DNA of 64,000 nucleotides from an uncultured Acidimicrobiaceae bacterium (GTDB lineage: Bacteria; Actinomycetota; Acidimicrobiia; Spongiisociales; UBA5794), in assembly GCA_964505525.1 (NCBI GenBank), contig CAZDIQ010000001.1, positions 5,544 to 69,543 on the forward strand, written 5' to 3'. This document shows, piece by piece, positions 27,097-35,323 of this stretch. A model generated the notes under the pieces. The model was not told where the DNA came from, made no database searches, and saw only the letters and a program-made list of their open reading frames with translations. Numbering within the stretch: the stretch's first letter is position 1; every line of letters starts with the position of its first letter. Both the position numbers and the translations under genes were made by a program.

Positions 27097-27167
27097 TGTG
27101 CACCCCCTCAGAATCCATGTCGTTCACCATGCTACATGCGGTAGCGGTTCATGGCAATGGGGATTCG

Positions 27168-27485
27168 TCAGTACGACCAGCCGGGCTTGTCGACCACGTC
27201 CGCCCACGCCCGCGCGCCGTGGCGTTGACCGGCGCCGAGGCCGAGGATGCGGGAACAGTCCACGCAGCGCCGGTCGATCGGTGGAGGCCACGTCGCGGTG
27301 ATCGACATGTCCGGCTGCCCGGCGATGTCCCACAGCAACGGGAACGCGTCGGAGCCGCACACGGTGCGCTGCTCGCGGCGCGACCTGTCCCAGTCGATCG
27401 GTGGCCGCAGCGACGCGTGGATCGTCGTATGGGACGTCAACGCCAGACACACATGGTCGTCGAGGATCGGAAACAACAGGCCCAT
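27168..27485 (-). CDS. hypothetical protein (105 aa)
   Basis: Low-Arg ORF coupled 3 nt after upstream gene. Confidence 0.3.
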   Translation of the reverse strand: MGLLFPILDDHVCLALTSHTTIHASLRPPIDWDRSRREQRTVCGSDAFPLLWDIAGQPDMSITATWPPPIDRRCVDCSRILGLGAGQRHGARAWADVVDKPGWSY

Positions 27486-27500
27486 GTTTCACGTGGCACA
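27485..27500. promoter_or_regulatory. parS-like site TGTTTCACGTGGCACA (14/16 to TGTTTCACGTGAAACA)
   Basis: Direct comparison to the canonical chromosomal parS. Confidence 0.4.
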
Positions 27501-27944
27501 TGAAGGGGCAGGGGGTGCCGACGGTGGGCTGGACGGTGGCGGCCAGTTCGACGGGCGACGCGGGGACCGCGGGTCGATCGCCCAACCCAACCATCCGGAC
27601 GTGACCCCCAACTCGTCTGGAGGGTCAAGGTTACGCAACGTCGGTTCGGCCAGGCCGTTGCCGTCATCGTCGATCTGCTGCACTTGGATCGTCACGGACC
27701 CGGACGCCCGCCACTCGTTGCGTTGCGTTGTGAACGGGACGCCGTGCTCGTCCTCGTTCAACGTGCCGATCGTGACGAGCGTCTCCTCCAACCCGAAGTC
27801 GAGCACCTTGTACCGGGACAAGCCGTAGACGAGATGATCTTCGCGCCACAGGTTCTCGAAGGTGACCTTGCCGTCGACGGACCGGAGCGGGATGTCGATG
27901 TGTGGCAGGTTCAATCGCTGTACACGGCGGGTCGGTTTAGCCAT
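27489..27944 (-). CDS. hypothetical protein (151 aa)
   Basis: ORF. Confidence 0.4.
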   Translation of the reverse strand: MAKPTRRVQRLNLPHIDIPLRSVDGKVTFENLWREDHLVYGLSRYKVLDFGLEETLVTIGTLNEDEHGVPFTTQRNEWRASGSVTIQVQQIDDDGNGLAEPTLRNLDPPDELGVTSGWLGWAIDPRSPRRPSNWPPPSSPPSAPPAPSCAT

Positions 27945-27971
27945 GATCGAAGCGTACGACCCGGCCCGACA

Positions 27972-28655
27972 TCACCGAGCGGTGCCCCATGCCGGGACGG
28001 CAGCATCGCAGCGTAGAGCGGCGATGCAATGCTCGGTGCGGTCGGCGCGGATGACCCACACGGTCCAGCCGACCGGTTCGCCGTCGCGGCTGTGGCAGCG
28101 CATCTCCATCGTCCACGACCCGGCGCGCCACAAACGGCCGATGACATCAATCCAGGACTGCCATTCGTCGTCTGATTCCCACGGGACGGTCCGGCCTAAT
28201 GCTGCGACCTCGCCGCTCGTCATGGACCGGAAGCGGCGATAGTCGACGCCTTCGAGAGACGCCGCGATGGCGGCGATCTCGGCCAGCTGATGGTCGTCGG
28301 ACAGGACCGCGATCTTGTGGATGCCGGTCAACGGGCGGGGGACGTCGCGTTGGCGGCGGGCGACCGTCAGGAACAGGGCAGTCGGATCGCCGACCGGTGT
28401 GCCCGACAGGACGGTCGGGGCGGTACGTGGCGTGTTGAACCAGCGGGTGTCCACCCGGATGACAGGGCAGCCGATCAGGGTGTCACCGGACCAGATTCGG
28501 GCGTAGCCGGAGACGATGAGCGCACGAGCGGTCCGTCGGATGCGGGCTGTTGACTGTTCAGTCCAGGCCGGTTCGTGGTAGACGGAGCCGGACAGGTTCG
28601 ACAACGACAGCCACTCCCACATGGATTGCACGAGGCGGAAGTCGTCTACCGGCAT
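27972..28655 (-). CDS. hypothetical protein (227 aa)
   Basis: ORF. Confidence 0.4.
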   Translation of the reverse strand: MPVDDFRLVQSMWEWLSLSNLSGSVYHEPAWTEQSTARIRRTARALIVSGYARIWSGDTLIGCPVIRVDTRWFNTPRTAPTVLSGTPVGDPTALFLTVARRQRDVPRPLTGIHKIAVLSDDHQLAEIAAIAASLEGVDYRRFRSMTSGEVAALGRTVPWESDDEWQSWIDVIGRLWRAGSWTMEMRCHSRDGEPVGWTVWVIRADRTEHCIAALRCDAAVPAWGTAR

Positions 28656-28833
28656 CGCACCAGGACGCTACTTGACGTCGGAAGTGGAGTGTGGCCCGGC
28701 GCAACCCTGCGGTCACGCCGAGCCTCACTCGGCACTGGGTTCCGGCTCTGAAACTGAGCTTGTCGGATCAGAAGTCAGGAGCCGTAGGCCCAGTGACAAC
28801 AGTGTAGGCGTGGGGGCGACAGTGTCGTCAACG

Positions 28834-30183
28834 TCAGAACACTTCGTCCTGATTGTGCGGCCGGTAGTCGCTCGCCGGGACGCCGCCGTATCGGGCACCG
28901 AACAGCGTCGAGCCGTAACGGAGCGGGTCGTTGCGGTCCTCGACCGACCAAGGCAGCCGTTTGTCGGCACCGCGGATCACAGTCGACGGCAGCCAGATGT
29001 CCGAGTCGCGGGGGACACGGAACTGTTTGACGGTCATCTCGACCCCGGTGCCGCCAGGGACGATCCTGGTCGACGTGTCGTCGTCGGGCGGATGAATCGA
29101 GAAACCGACGTCAGGCCAGTCAACCCATCGTTCGGAGCCTCCCGGCGCGCCGTGGTCACCGCGGGAGAAGTGGGCTTCCAACGCGATCGCGAAGCCGTAC
29201 CGGGCCGACAAGGTATTCAGCGTGGCATGCAACGCGAGGGCGGCTGTCTCATAGTTCTCGCCGGGTTTCATCATCGACATGTACTTGATCGGCCCCATGA
29301 CAAGCACCTGCGGCTGGGACCGTTGGATCGCGGCTTCGAGCGCGGCGAGTCCTTCCGGGGATCGGATGTCGATCCCGCCAGGCCGGTGCAGCAACGCGGG
29401 CCGTCGAAGGTCGAACACGGAGTGCGAGTCGACTGAGCGTTGCAGCCCGAACAGGATGGTCCGAGTCGACGACGTGATATCCCAAGCCCCCGCTTCTAGC
29501 TCGACGATCAAGGCGCGGCGTTCCTGTTCGGTTCGTTGCCCCGTCCACGGGTGCACGCCATTCTCGGCGCAGTACCCGATCTGGCGGAGCAGCGTCGACT
29601 TGCCGATCCCTGCCTTCGCGACGACGAGCAGGCGTTGCCCGCGGCGCAGGAGGCCACGCGCGATCCACGGTTGGACTTCGTCTCGGTCTTCGCCGGAGTC
29701 CAAGGTCGCCATGTCGTCGTAGTAGCCGTGGATGATCGAGTCGGCGTGACGGCGTAACAGTTCTGACTCGGCCAACTGATCCGACACGGTGCGGGCCACG
29801 TCGACGGCTTGTTCTTGTGCGTATCCGGCGTCGGTGAGACGTGCCCCGATGACGATGAGCGCCCGCGACTTCGAATGGTCGAGCACGACCTGCGCGTATC
29901 GGCCGACGTTCGACACCGCTGGCGTTTCGTTCATCAGTTCCGTCAGCCAAACGATCGCGTCGTGCTGGTCCGGGATGCCAGCCGCGACGACAACCTGGTC
30001 CACTCGTTCGCCTGCGGCGGTGAGCGTGGCGATCGCATGGAACGCTGCCTGGTGTTGCGGGGCGTAGAAGTCGGCTGACGTCAACGCTGCTGTCGCTGTC
30101 TCGCAGGCTTCTCGTGCTATCAGGCACGACCCGATGACGGCACGTTCGGCGTTGAGGTCGTGCGGTGGGATGCGGTCAGCCAT
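28834..30183 (-). CDS. dnaB: DnaB-like replicative helicase
   Basis: N-terminal 'IPPHDLNAERAVIGSCLI' (DnaB N domain), Walker A 'VVAKAGIGKST', RecA-fold C-terminal. Confidence 0.65.
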   Translation of the reverse strand: MADRIPPHDLNAERAVIGSCLIAREACETATAALTSADFYAPQHQAAFHAIATLTAAGERVDQVVVAAGIPDQHDAIVWLTELMNETPAVSNVGRYAQVVLDHSKSRALIVIGARLTDAGYAQEQAVDVARTVSDQLAESELLRRHADSIIHGYYDDMATLDSGEDRDEVQPWIARGLLRRGQRLLVVAKAGIGKSTLLRQIGYCAENGVHPWTGQRTEQERRALIVELEAGAWDITSSTRTILFGLQRSVDSHSVFDLRRPALLHRPGGIDIRSPEGLAALEAAIQRSQPQVLVMGPIKYMSMMKPGENYETAALALHATLNTLSARYGFAIALEAHFSRGDHGAPGGSERWVDWPDVGFSIHPPDDDTSTRIVPGGTGVEMTVKQFRVPRDSDIWLPSTVIRGADKRLPWSVEDRNDPLRYGSTLFGARYGGVPASDYRPHNQDEVF

Positions 30184-30709
30184 CCGCGGGAACGAGTTCG
30201 ATCGTCAGCGGGCCGTGCACGATCCGATGCTCGATGCCGACCATCACCGAGATGAACTTCGCGAGGTCGATCGCTTCGAGCCGTCCGTCGAGTTCCAGGT
30301 CGTTCCTGATCCCTGCGATGTCGTCGGCCAGCTGGGAGGCAGCGAGCGCCGGGTCGGACTGGACGATGCGCTTGTATCGCTCCTCCTGCTCGATCAGCAG
30401 GTTGTCCCGGTGGTCGGATTCCATCACCCGGATCAGCAGATCGACTCGCCTCGCTCGGCGTGCCCCCATGTCGGCGGCATGCTCGATGATCGCTGACGGC
30501 AAGATGTCCTGCGGGGACGTGGTCAGCATCATCGCCTTGATCGCGGTCATCACGTCATCGACGATGATCCGGCCGTGCTTCGTCCCGGCGATCAGATGCT
30601 GCCACACCTTGCGTTGCAAGTCCTTGCGGGCCGGGTCCAACCAGCTGGGCCGGTTGAGCATCACAGCGTACGCCTGGACGGACTGGTCGATCACGAGTGT
30701 GTCATTCAT
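30176..30709 (-). CDS. hypothetical protein (177 aa)
   Basis: ORF between initiator and helicase; could be a helicase loader. Confidence 0.35.
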   Translation of the reverse strand: MNDTLVIDQSVQAYAVMLNRPSWLDPARKDLQRKVWQHLIAGTKHGRIIVDDVMTAIKAMMLTTSPQDILPSAIIEHAADMGARRARRVDLLIRVMESDHRDNLLIEQEERYKRIVQSDPALAASQLADDIAGIRNDLELDGRLEAIDLAKFISVMVGIEHRIVHGPLTIELVPADG

Positions 30710-31787
30710 CGTTGGCCTCCGGAAGCTGATGGAAGCTAGAGCTTCGCGCTCGTTCCGACATCACTTGCCGCAATGCCCGAACCTTCGCCACCTGCTCTAC
30801 GGACACGTCAGCGATGATCGCCACGGTCGCATCGTCGCCTCCGCGGGCGATCTGGTTGTCGGCGGTGATGAACCACTTCTCGCCGCGGGCCTGGGCTTTG
30901 TCTCGCACGATCTGCCAGGCCCCGTCGAAGTCGCCGCGGGCGATCGCGGCGTCCATCTCGTCGACCTGGGCCATCTCGATCGCCTTGTCGATCCCGGCCG
31001 CCGTGATCGCCGCGACCTCAACCGAACCAATCTCGTCGGTCCAGCGACGATCGTTCAGCCACGTCGAAGCATGCGGCCGTTTCGAGTGCGGGGTCTTCGC
31101 CTGCTCCCACCAGCGGCCCCGCGCGATGGCCGCGTCGATGATCACCTGCGGGTCCACCTTGTCCTTCATCGCCTTCGCCCACGCGCGCTGAGCCGGAGCC
31201 TTACCATCCTTCGTCCGCGGATAGATCGACCAGAACTCATCAAACCGATCAGCAACTTCAACACGCTCCACCGCAGGTGGAGCAAGCCCCAAGTCCAACG
31301 AAGGAGCCGCGGTGTTGTTCTCCTGATCTTCTTCTGTTGTTCTAGTAGAAGCGGTCACCACATGACCAGGCCCTGGTCGTGCCATGACCGGGGCCTGGTC
31401 ACCACATGACCGGGCTTCGTCGACCCTGGTCACCACATGACCAGGGTCGCCTTCCCATACAGCGTGGTCGAACCAGATGACCCATCGCTTGCCGCCCTCG
31501 CCCTGCGGTATCTGAATCGTCTCTAACTCGATGATGCCCGCAGTGACCAGCGTGGCGACAGCCGCGCTCACCTTGCCCGACGAGATCTTCAATCTGGCGG
31601 CGATGGAGTTCCTGGTGACGTTCTCCTCGTACCCGTCAGCGTGCGACGCGAGCCACACAGCGATACGGAACGCGTACGGATCGAGCGACATGTCCTCGGT
31701 CCGCCAATTGGGGGTGCTCGTCCAGCCTCGACGGCCCTTCGATCGGATAGCACCTGGCGTAGAGGCGGGGCGGATGTTAGAGTTCAT
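30702..31787 (-). CDS. putative replication initiator (winged-HTH) containing iterons
   Basis: N-terminal 'NSIAARLKISSGKVSAAVATLVTAGIIE' wHTH; gene sits upstream of dnaB-like; the coding sequence contains 4-5 GGTCACCACATGACC repeats. Confidence 0.5.
   Translation of the reverse strand: MNSNIRPASTPGAIRSKGRRGWTSTPNWRTEDMSLDPYAFRIAVWLASHADGYEENVTRNSIAARLKISSGKVSAAVATLVTAGIIELETIQIPQGEGGKRWVIWFDHAVWEGDPGHVVTRVDEARSCGDQAPVMARPGPGHVVTASTRTTEEDQENNTAAPSLDLGLAPPAVERVEVADRFDEFWSIYPRTKDGKAPAQRAWAKAMKDKVDPQVIIDAAIARGRWWEQAKTPHSKRPHASTWLNDRRWTDEIGSVEVAAITAAGIDKAIEMAQVDEMDAAIARGDFDGAWQIVRDKAQARGEKWFITADNQIARGGDDATVAIIADVSVEQVAKVRALRQVMSERARSSSFHQLPEANDE
31354..31483. repeat. iteron array: GGTCA-N5-TGACC palindromes at 31354, 31376, 31398, 31429 (+ variant 31467)
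   Basis: Three exact copies of GGTCACCACATGACC, one GGTCGTGCCATGACC, one GGTCGAACCAGATGACC; first three spaced 22 bp. Confidence 0.7.
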
Positions 31788-31867
31788 CTGTTCCTTTCGA
31801 TCTCATCGGGTACGGGTCCTCCCACGCTCATGGATTGGTTGGAGTGCCATGCGGATGGCTTCTGTCA

Positions 31868-31906
31868 GCGAACCCCGGTCGGCCTCGAAGCCCGGCCGGG
31901 GTTCGC
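31868..31906. promoter_or_regulatory. 11-bp perfect inverted repeat GCGAACCCCGG/CCGGGGTTCGC (17-nt spacer) in divergent region
   Basis: Seen directly in sequence between initiator start (31787) and plus-strand small genes (32005). Confidence 0.5.
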
Positions 31907-32004
31907 TCGTTCTCACGAGCTTCCGAGCATCGCGCGAGCCACGACGGGATGCAAGAACAACACACCTGTAGTTCACATGTCGCCATGACAGATACGGTTC
32001 CGAC

Positions 32005-32199
32005 ATGCAGCCACTCGTCGTCGTACCCCACCACGTCGGCATCGGCGAAACCAGCCTCGACGGCAAGAAACTCGGTGTGCTCTGCATCAAAGGCGCCGAC
32101 ATCACCGGCCGCATCTCCATCGACGTCGTCCTCGACATGCCCACACTCGGCCAAGTCGTCGCCGCTCTCGACGAACTACGAATGAGCATGATCGAGTGA
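32005..32199 (+). CDS. hypothetical small protein (64 aa)
   Basis: ORF, first of three plus-strand genes. Confidence 0.35.
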   Translation: MQPLVVVPHHVGIGETSLDGKKLGVLCIKGADITGRISIDVVLDMPTLGQVVAALDELRMSMIE

Positions 32200-32417
32200 T
32201 GTGGTGCATCCACACCAACGACGACGGCCGGTTCCGGTTCGCTACCAGCGGCCCCCTCACCGTCACGTCCGTCGACGCATGGCTCCACGCCGATACCGCC
32301 GCCGCGCAACAATGGCAGGTACCGGACGACAACGACCGCACCGTGCAGTTGAAGTTCATGCACGCAACCGGGCTCACGGCAAACGTCGGAGCAGTCATCA
32401 CACATGAGGGAGCCTGA
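32196..32417 (+). CDS. hypothetical small protein (73 aa)
   Basis: ORF, ATGA-coupled. Confidence 0.35.
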   Translation: MMWCIHTNDDGRFRFATSGPLTVTSVDAWLHADTAAAQQWQVPDDNDRTVQLKFMHATGLTANVGAVITHEGA

Positions 32418-32778
32418 CATGGCAGCATTCCGAACCGGCACCGGCAAGACCGAAGACGCACCGAAGGTGCTCGGCCAACCAGACGGCCGCCCACCGATCT
32501 TCGTCGAAGCGACCGGCAGCTACGAAAGCCTCCGCGTCCGCGACCGGCGCTGGGTCACCGGCAGCGCCGTCCCACGAGGACTCGCGGTCGGTGTGCTCGT
32601 CGAGATCCAAGTCCAAACAGCGAAAGCCAAGCCCGTCGACGTCGACGTCGTGATCACACCAGCCAAGCAGGCCCCCGCCAAGGCCGCAGCGAAGGCACCC
32701 GTCAAGAAGGCTGCGCCGGTCAAGAAGGCGGCAGCGAAGAAGACTCCGGCGAAGAAGGCGGCTCCTCGATCGAAGTGA
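32404..32778 (+). CDS. DNA-binding protein with Ala/Lys/Pro-rich histone H1 / HupB-like C-terminal tail
   Basis: C-terminal 'PAKQAPAKAAAKAPVKKAAPVKKAAAKKTPAKKAAP' repeats. Confidence 0.5.
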   Translation: MREPDMAAFRTGTGKTEDAPKVLGQPDGRPPIFVEATGSYESLRVRDRRWVTGSAVPRGLAVGVLVEIQVQTAKAKPVDVDVVITPAKQAPAKAAAKAPVKKAAPVKKAAAKKTPAKKAAPRSK

Positions 32779-33937
32779 GATAGGACGCCGCGCTGGCCTC
32801 CATCTCGCCGACAGCATTCATCAGTTCGACCCGCGACGGCTGTTCCACCCGCCATACCACCGCGGACGGGACACGCTTCTCAGTCGGCGCGGACGGCATC
32901 ACGTCGTCGAAGATCGGTTCCTCACGCAACGTGACCTCGTACAGCATCGGCCGTTCGTGCCGTGCCGCGTACATGAGAGCGTTCTTCCGGTCCGTCGTGA
33001 TGTACACCATCGTCTTGTCCGACGCGTCGAGGCCAGGCCACACACCAGTCTCTGACGGTGGCAGCAGAATGTCACCGCGCTTCAAGCCGTGGCGACCGCC
33101 ATGCCACCAACGGACCCGCTGCCACCACTCCATCGCGTTCGTGCCGTCGCGGCGTTCCATGAACACGCCCATCGCTTCACGGATCGCCGCCAACGGATCA
33201 GTCCCCGTTGGCACCCGGAGATGCACGCCAGAATGCGCCCATTCGGCCTGTGGGGCCGGTGAGGCGTCGACCGCGTCATCCGGGTCGTGTGAGAGCGGAG
33301 TGAACTCCACGACCTCCACCGGTCGTCCACCGGATACGCCGTTCTGAGCAGCCCAGGCGGTCGCCCACGCCTCACCCGCGGCTTGGCGCATCGCTTCGGC
33401 CTGCCACGGCGACACGATCAGCCGCAACGGTTCGAACGGGTCCGTCGGCTTCGAGAACATCGCGAGCGTCTTCGCGACCTCCTCGACGATGTCGATGTTC
33501 GTCGTGTCGTCGTACACGAACTGGTGCACCCACCAGCCTTCATCCCAGTCATCGTCGACCGGCTGCGAGTAGCGGCGCAGGATCGCCTTGCCCGGCCGTC
33601 GCGGTGGAGGCCCGTACTGGTCAGCGAGACTGCCGACAACAATGTCGCGTTCCGTCTCCGACAGTGCGAGCAGCGCGTCGACCAGCTGCTTCATCAAAGG
33701 TTCGTTCAACGGCGTCCAGTCGTCGCTGCCCGCCTCGGCCCAACTGTTCCACGAGGCCCGTTCCTTCCAACACCATTCGATGTGATGGTCCTCGGTGTTG
33801 TCGTCGTCCACGACGCTGTGCAACGCGCCACCGACCCCGTTGCCGGGCTGGTCATACCACTCGCGGACCAGCATGGCGCAGTCCCACATCGCGTCGGTGA
33901 CGTCGATGTCCATGAACTCCATGTCATCCTCGCTCAT
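32720..33937 (-). CDS. Arr-family (rifampin ADP-ribosyltransferase-like) domain fusion protein
   Basis: C-terminal 'WWHGGRHGLKRGDILLPP...VYITTDRKNALMYAARH...PMLYEVTLREEPIFDDV' aligns with Arr blocks 'FYHGTKANLAIGDLL...IYFSALMEPAVWGA...GYIYIVEPTGPFEDDP'. N-terminal about 270 aa unknown. Confidence 0.55.
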   Translation of the reverse strand: MSEDDMEFMDIDVTDAMWDCAMLVREWYDQPGNGVGGALHSVVDDDNTEDHHIEWCWKERASWNSWAEAGSDDWTPLNEPLMKQLVDALLALSETERDIVVGSLADQYGPPPRRPGKAILRRYSQPVDDDWDEGWWVHQFVYDDTTNIDIVEEVAKTLAMFSKPTDPFEPLRLIVSPWQAEAMRQAAGEAWATAWAAQNGVSGGRPVEVVEFTPLSHDPDDAVDASPAPQAEWAHSGVHLRVPTGTDPLAAIREAMGVFMERRDGTNAMEWWQRVRWWHGGRHGLKRGDILLPPSETGVWPGLDASDKTMVYITTDRKNALMYAARHERPMLYEVTLREEPIFDDVMPSAPTEKRVPSAVVWRVEQPSRVELMNAVGEMEASAASYLTSIEEPPSSPESSSLPPS

Positions 33938-34626
33938 GACAGCACAATGTGAATGTTGCGGCCGCAGCCGTCCGTGCCCGAAGGCGCCCACGTGACACCA
34001 GGCAGATACTCGCCGCCCGGCGCGACCTCACCAGTCTCCGTGTCGACCACAGGCGGCCGCCAGAACTGGCCGGACTCGAACTGGCCGAACGGCTTCCGCC
34101 ACGCAGCACCGGCCGGGATGACCACATGCTCACCGCTGGTCGACACGATCACCTGTTCCAACTCGCCGTCGGCGATCATCCGATCAAGTTTGGCCCGCAG
34201 CTTCTTCACGTCGACCTTCGGTTTCCACGACACGAGATCCGGGTCCAGATCCTCCCAGTAGTTCCCGGCCCGTTCGTCGTCGACGGTCAACACCGGTTTC
34301 GTCTGGTTCGACGAGATCGTCCCGTTCGGGGTACCAATCTTCGTCTTGTCGAAGTCGAGGAACGACCGGACCGCGTACTGTTCGACCGTCGACCGCAACC
34401 AATCCAACCGGCGCCGGGTCGGCCCCACGACTCGTTCCTTCTGCTCCGACAAGCGGGCCAGTTCGTTCTGATGCAGGATCTCGTACTCGGCGATCCGGTT
34501 CGTCAACCGGCGCATCGCCGCCAACATGCGCGACACCGTTTCCAGGTTCGCTTCGGATGCGTCAGGGATGGATGGTTCGGCGTCCGGGTCGTCCCAGTCG
34601 ACGTCGTCGAACAGTTCGTACGTCAT
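33934..34626 (-). CDS. hypothetical protein (230 aa)
   Basis: ORF, ATGA-coupled to Arr-like gene. Confidence 0.4.
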   Translation of the reverse strand: MTYELFDDVDWDDPDAEPSIPDASEANLETVSRMLAAMRRLTNRIAEYEILHQNELARLSEQKERVVGPTRRRLDWLRSTVEQYAVRSFLDFDKTKIGTPNGTISSNQTKPVLTVDDERAGNYWEDLDPDLVSWKPKVDVKKLRAKLDRMIADGELEQVIVSTSGEHVVIPAGAAWRKPFGQFESGQFWRPPVVDTETGEVAPGGEYLPGVTWAPSGTDGCGRNIHIVLS

Positions 34627-34655
34627 CGCCTCATCATGCCCGCGAGGGCGACAAG

Positions 34656-34862
34656 TCAGGCTTCGACAAGATGGATCGTCGCGCCCGGATGCGCCTTCAC
34701 CAACGCAGCCGCGCCAGTCACCGTCGAGAACGAGTCGAGCAGTTCGTCACCCAACCGGACGTCATACTTCGGATGGGCAATCCCTGCGGTCGCCGCCGCC
34801 AACGCCGCCTTCCGAGCAGCGGCCCGCTTAGCACACGTACTGCAATCACTGCCTTTAGCCAT
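34656..34862 (-). CDS. hypothetical small protein (68 aa)
   Basis: ORF. Confidence 0.3.
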   Translation of the reverse strand: MAKGSDCSTCAKRAAARKAALAAATAGIAHPKYDVRLGDELLDSFSTVTGAAALVKAHPGATIHLVEA

Positions 34863-34924
34863 CGCCGCGAGGATACCGCGGAGGCCGTCGACGCATCGTG
34901 ATCGTCACAGACCACAGACCGGCT

Positions 34925-35323
34925 TCACTCGACCGGCCACGCGTGCGACCCCGGATGATCCTTGATCGACGCCGCCGCCTCAGAGATCGTGTCGAACGTG
35001 CCCCACACCGTCCCCGACGTGTCGTCACGGACCTGATAACGGGCAGGGACTTCCACCTGCACACTCGACCACATCACCAGACGACCCCCAGCGACAGCGC
35101 GAGCCTCCGCCACCGTGTCGAACATGACGTCGAGCCCGGCCACCGAGTACGCCGACCGGTTGACCGTCACCGTAGTCGGCAGTTTCCGTTTCCGCTTGGC
35201 ACAGTCCGCGCACTCCACGACGTTGACCGTACCCGACAACCCGTCAGTCCTGTCGTTCGTAACGAACGACCAGACCTCCAGACATGCCCTGCACCAGAGT
35301 TGGAGAGGAGTTGGCGCCATGCG
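34925..35323 (-). CDS. hypothetical Cys-motif protein (start uncertain)
   Basis: 'VECADCAKRKRK' region real-looking; upstream part overlaps tail gene so start may be a GTG/TTG near 35225-35237. Confidence 0.25.
   Translation of the reverse strand, partial: RMAPTPLQLWCRACLEVWSFVTNDRTDGLSGTVNVVECADCAKRKRKLPTTVTVNRSAYSVAGLDVMFDTVAEARAVAGGRLVMWSSVQVEVPARYQVRDDTSGTVWGTFDTISEAAASIKDHPGSHAWPVE

Noticed and set aside
31803-32447. 214-aa minus-strand ORF across the divergent region
   Set aside because: The sequence is low-complexity and Arg/Ser-rich. It overlaps the plus-strand small genes and the palindromic regulatory region.
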